From: Phallusia mammillata | Taxonomy: Eukaryota | Direction of reading: 5' to 3' | DNA: 64,000 bases | Assembly: GCA_965637545.1 (NCBI GenBank) | Contig: OZ281498.1 | Span: forward strand, 8,432,001 to 8,496,000 | Part shown: piece by piece, positions 62,301-64,000 of the stretch | Layout: every line of letters begins with the position of its first letter | Position numbering within the stretch: the stretch's first letter is position 1 | Translations under genes and position numbers: made by a program | The notes under the pieces: generated by a model | Seen by the model: the letters and a program-made list of their open reading frames with translations, nothing else | Database searches by the model: none | Told to the model about the DNA's origin: nothing

Positions 62301-63971
62301 TAAACAGATTTTGCATTTTACACGATAAAGTTTCGTTGTTCAAATCACAAGGCAAGTTGTTTTCTGAATCCGCAAAAATCGGAGTACAACCAGAGTAGGC
62401 TGTAAAACAAAAGTTTCAAATGTCAATTGCAGTAAAAAATAGATTTAAACGACAGAATTTTAGAAACTATTTCATGTATCTTTGAACAAAGTTAAATAAA
62501 TCCACTTTATGGAGCCTAAATAAAAACAGAGTGTGTTACCTAAGCAATATGTTTGTTTTGTTTTAAAAATTATAAGAGTTGACGCGATATACGCTTTTTA
62601 CAAAGAATGAAAGGATTTATGGCACGCATTTAGGCTAAAAGGACACCTATTCGACAGAATAGCAACAAAATATCAGGTTAAAACCAAATTTACGTTCAAA
62701 TGGCTGATCCAGCCACATCATAAGGTTATCTCAAATTTTCTGTATATCTGCAATGCAAACCAAATACAGCTCTTTTCCAAAATATGCTCATATACAGCCC
62801 TTAAAGCTTTGTGTATTAACAAACAATTATGAAGATGACCTGAACAAGGCGTTAAAAGATCGGTGCATATTATACAGTTGCAAAAAGAGCTGCACATATT
62901 GGATTCCGAATTTGACGTTTTGTTCGTAATTGAACAGCCGTGTACGTACGTTCGCAATAGGTGCCGTCCGAGTAAACGTCTTCTGCATTATCCTCGCATA
63001 TGCAGGAATACCAGCCATCATCGTTGTAACATGTAGCGTGTACATCGCAGCGGTTATCCTCATCTTCGCATTCGTTTATATCTGAAAAATCAATACAGGA
63101 TTTTTGTTTGTTTCATTTTTATCCTCTGTGGGCGGGCAACGCCTTCCGTCGAGCTGCCTGTTTTATTGCAAGTCCGTTGATCATTTTTTATTTGATTTTT
63201 TCGAGGCAGTTGGTAACCTTTAGTTCAACCCATCGGGAACCACTGGGTTGGAGCAATGCCGCTTAGGTTTCTTGCTCAGGGAAGCACAAGCGACCGAGAT
63301 TGGATTAGAAACCATGACCTTGTGATCAAAAGGCGGTTGCGCTAATCACTCGGGCAATTTCTTAAGTGTGTTCCATCTCAATTTACGTTGCACAGAAACT
63401 CGATATCAAACTGAAATATCGTTGTCCAGTGCCAGACAAAATAACGGACATTTGTGGTATATATCAAATGGTGGAAAACAGTTGTTTGGTATTTTACACG
63501 ATATATTTTGGGGCATGTGTCCCCTGGAAACGCCAATATTACATTTTACCTGAGTGTCGCTAATTAATATTCCTGTGTATGTAAAAGTAAGGTATATTAG
63601 TAAAATGTACTTTGCGTCATAGTGAAAACGCCAGAATTCCATTAACACAGTAAACCAAAATCTAAACATGCACAAAGTAGAAGTCATTGAAAGCCAAAAT
63701 GGGATACAGGGCTAAAAAATGGCCAAAAAAACTGCGCAGAAAACGGTACTAAAGATTTCCAAGATAAATTTTGTTGACAATACAATTTACTCTATAACCG
63801 GCTAAGTTAACAGTTTCATTGCAACAAACAGAAAAGTCAATAGTTTACCTGTACAGTTGTACCCATCACCAGTGTAACCTGAGTTGCATGAGCAGTTGTT
63901 TCCACCGTCGATGTTGATGCAATGAGCGTTATCTCCACAGCTATGAAGGTCCAAGTCGCATTCATCAACGT
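59335..63971 (-). CDS. 3' part of a mosaic protein: cbEGF repeats, Cys-containing pro-region (weakly CUB-like), furin site, neurotrophin/Spaetzle-like cystine-knot domain; 5' end lies beyond the window
   Basis: Exons (minus): 63849-63971 (DVDEC..EGF), 62950-63081 (DINEC..EGF), 62267-62399, 61226-61476 (ends KSRRLRRDHSSG), 60551-60719 (AEPLCDEVEAV...FQWFTEVRCSNTDTCTGSRLG), 59335-59449 (CQQSYAPQKAVV...DVYIPSACVPMI*). All introns are GT-AG with matching phases (1,1,2,1,2). AATAAA overlaps the stop. The EGF call is secure; the cystine-knot call is by motif recognition. Confidence 0.8.
59615..60032. mobile_element. hAT MITE in the last intron of the cystine-knot gene, 418 bp
   Basis: Perfect 13-bp TIR TAGGCCTACCATA; GGAGGACA subterminal repeats; TSD AATCAGTT / AATTAGTT. 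Confidence 0.88.
63105..63357 (-). mobile_element. tRNA-derived SINE (degenerate)
   Basis: Minus strand: A-box-like TTGCCCGAGTGATTAGCGC, B-box-like GGTTTCTAATCC, then CTTCCCTGAGCAAGAAACCTAAGC (resembles the CCTTGAGCAAG.CACTTAAC core common in SINE2 families) and an A-rich tail. The tail boundary is approximate. Confidence 0.65.
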
Positions 63972-64000
63972 CTGGAAAATGTATTGGTAGCAACAATCAA

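Noticed and set aside
49723-63971. Human MRPL24 lies near NTRK1 on 1q23 (TSTD1 is also on 1q23), echoing MRPL24 beside a neurotrophin-like gene here
   Set aside because: NTRK1 is a receptor and not homologous to this ligand-like gene; invertebrate chordate gene order is often scrambled, so coincidence is the default without a synteny analysis.
1-64000. Autonomous transposase, reverse transcriptase, rRNA, tRNA or CRISPR features
   Set aside because: None could be supported from the sequence.

Overview
AT-rich, intron-containing animal genomic DNA with one assembly gap (222-448). An ascidian/tunicate origin is my inference from the compact genes, the 7TM family type and the repeat landscape; it is not proven. 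Most ORFs in the six-frame track are noise or exon fragments. Reading splice sites and phases by hand gave nine gene models. (1) An intronless orphan 7TM gene (746-1771 +), followed by a transposon-disrupted relic of a paralogue. (2-4) Three tandem 3-exon DUF3605/GIG1-type HIT-like genes (6328-14826 +). (5) A 15-exon OATP4/SLCO4 transporter (17702-42056 -). (6-7) Two tandem single-domain rhodanese genes (49723-53270 +). (8) MRPL24 (53773-57831 -). (9) The 3' part of a mosaic gene (59335 to beyond 63971, -) encoding Ca-binding EGF repeats, a pro-region, a furin site and a neurotrophin/Spaetzle-like cystine-knot domain lacking its sixth cysteine. Gene 9 is the most interesting item. Non-coding DNA carries about 15 non-autonomous hAT-type elements with 8-bp TSDs (some reciprocally nested), pogo/Tigger-like MITEs, a tRNA-derived SINE, a fold-back inversion and two families of decayed hammerhead-ribozyme motifs.
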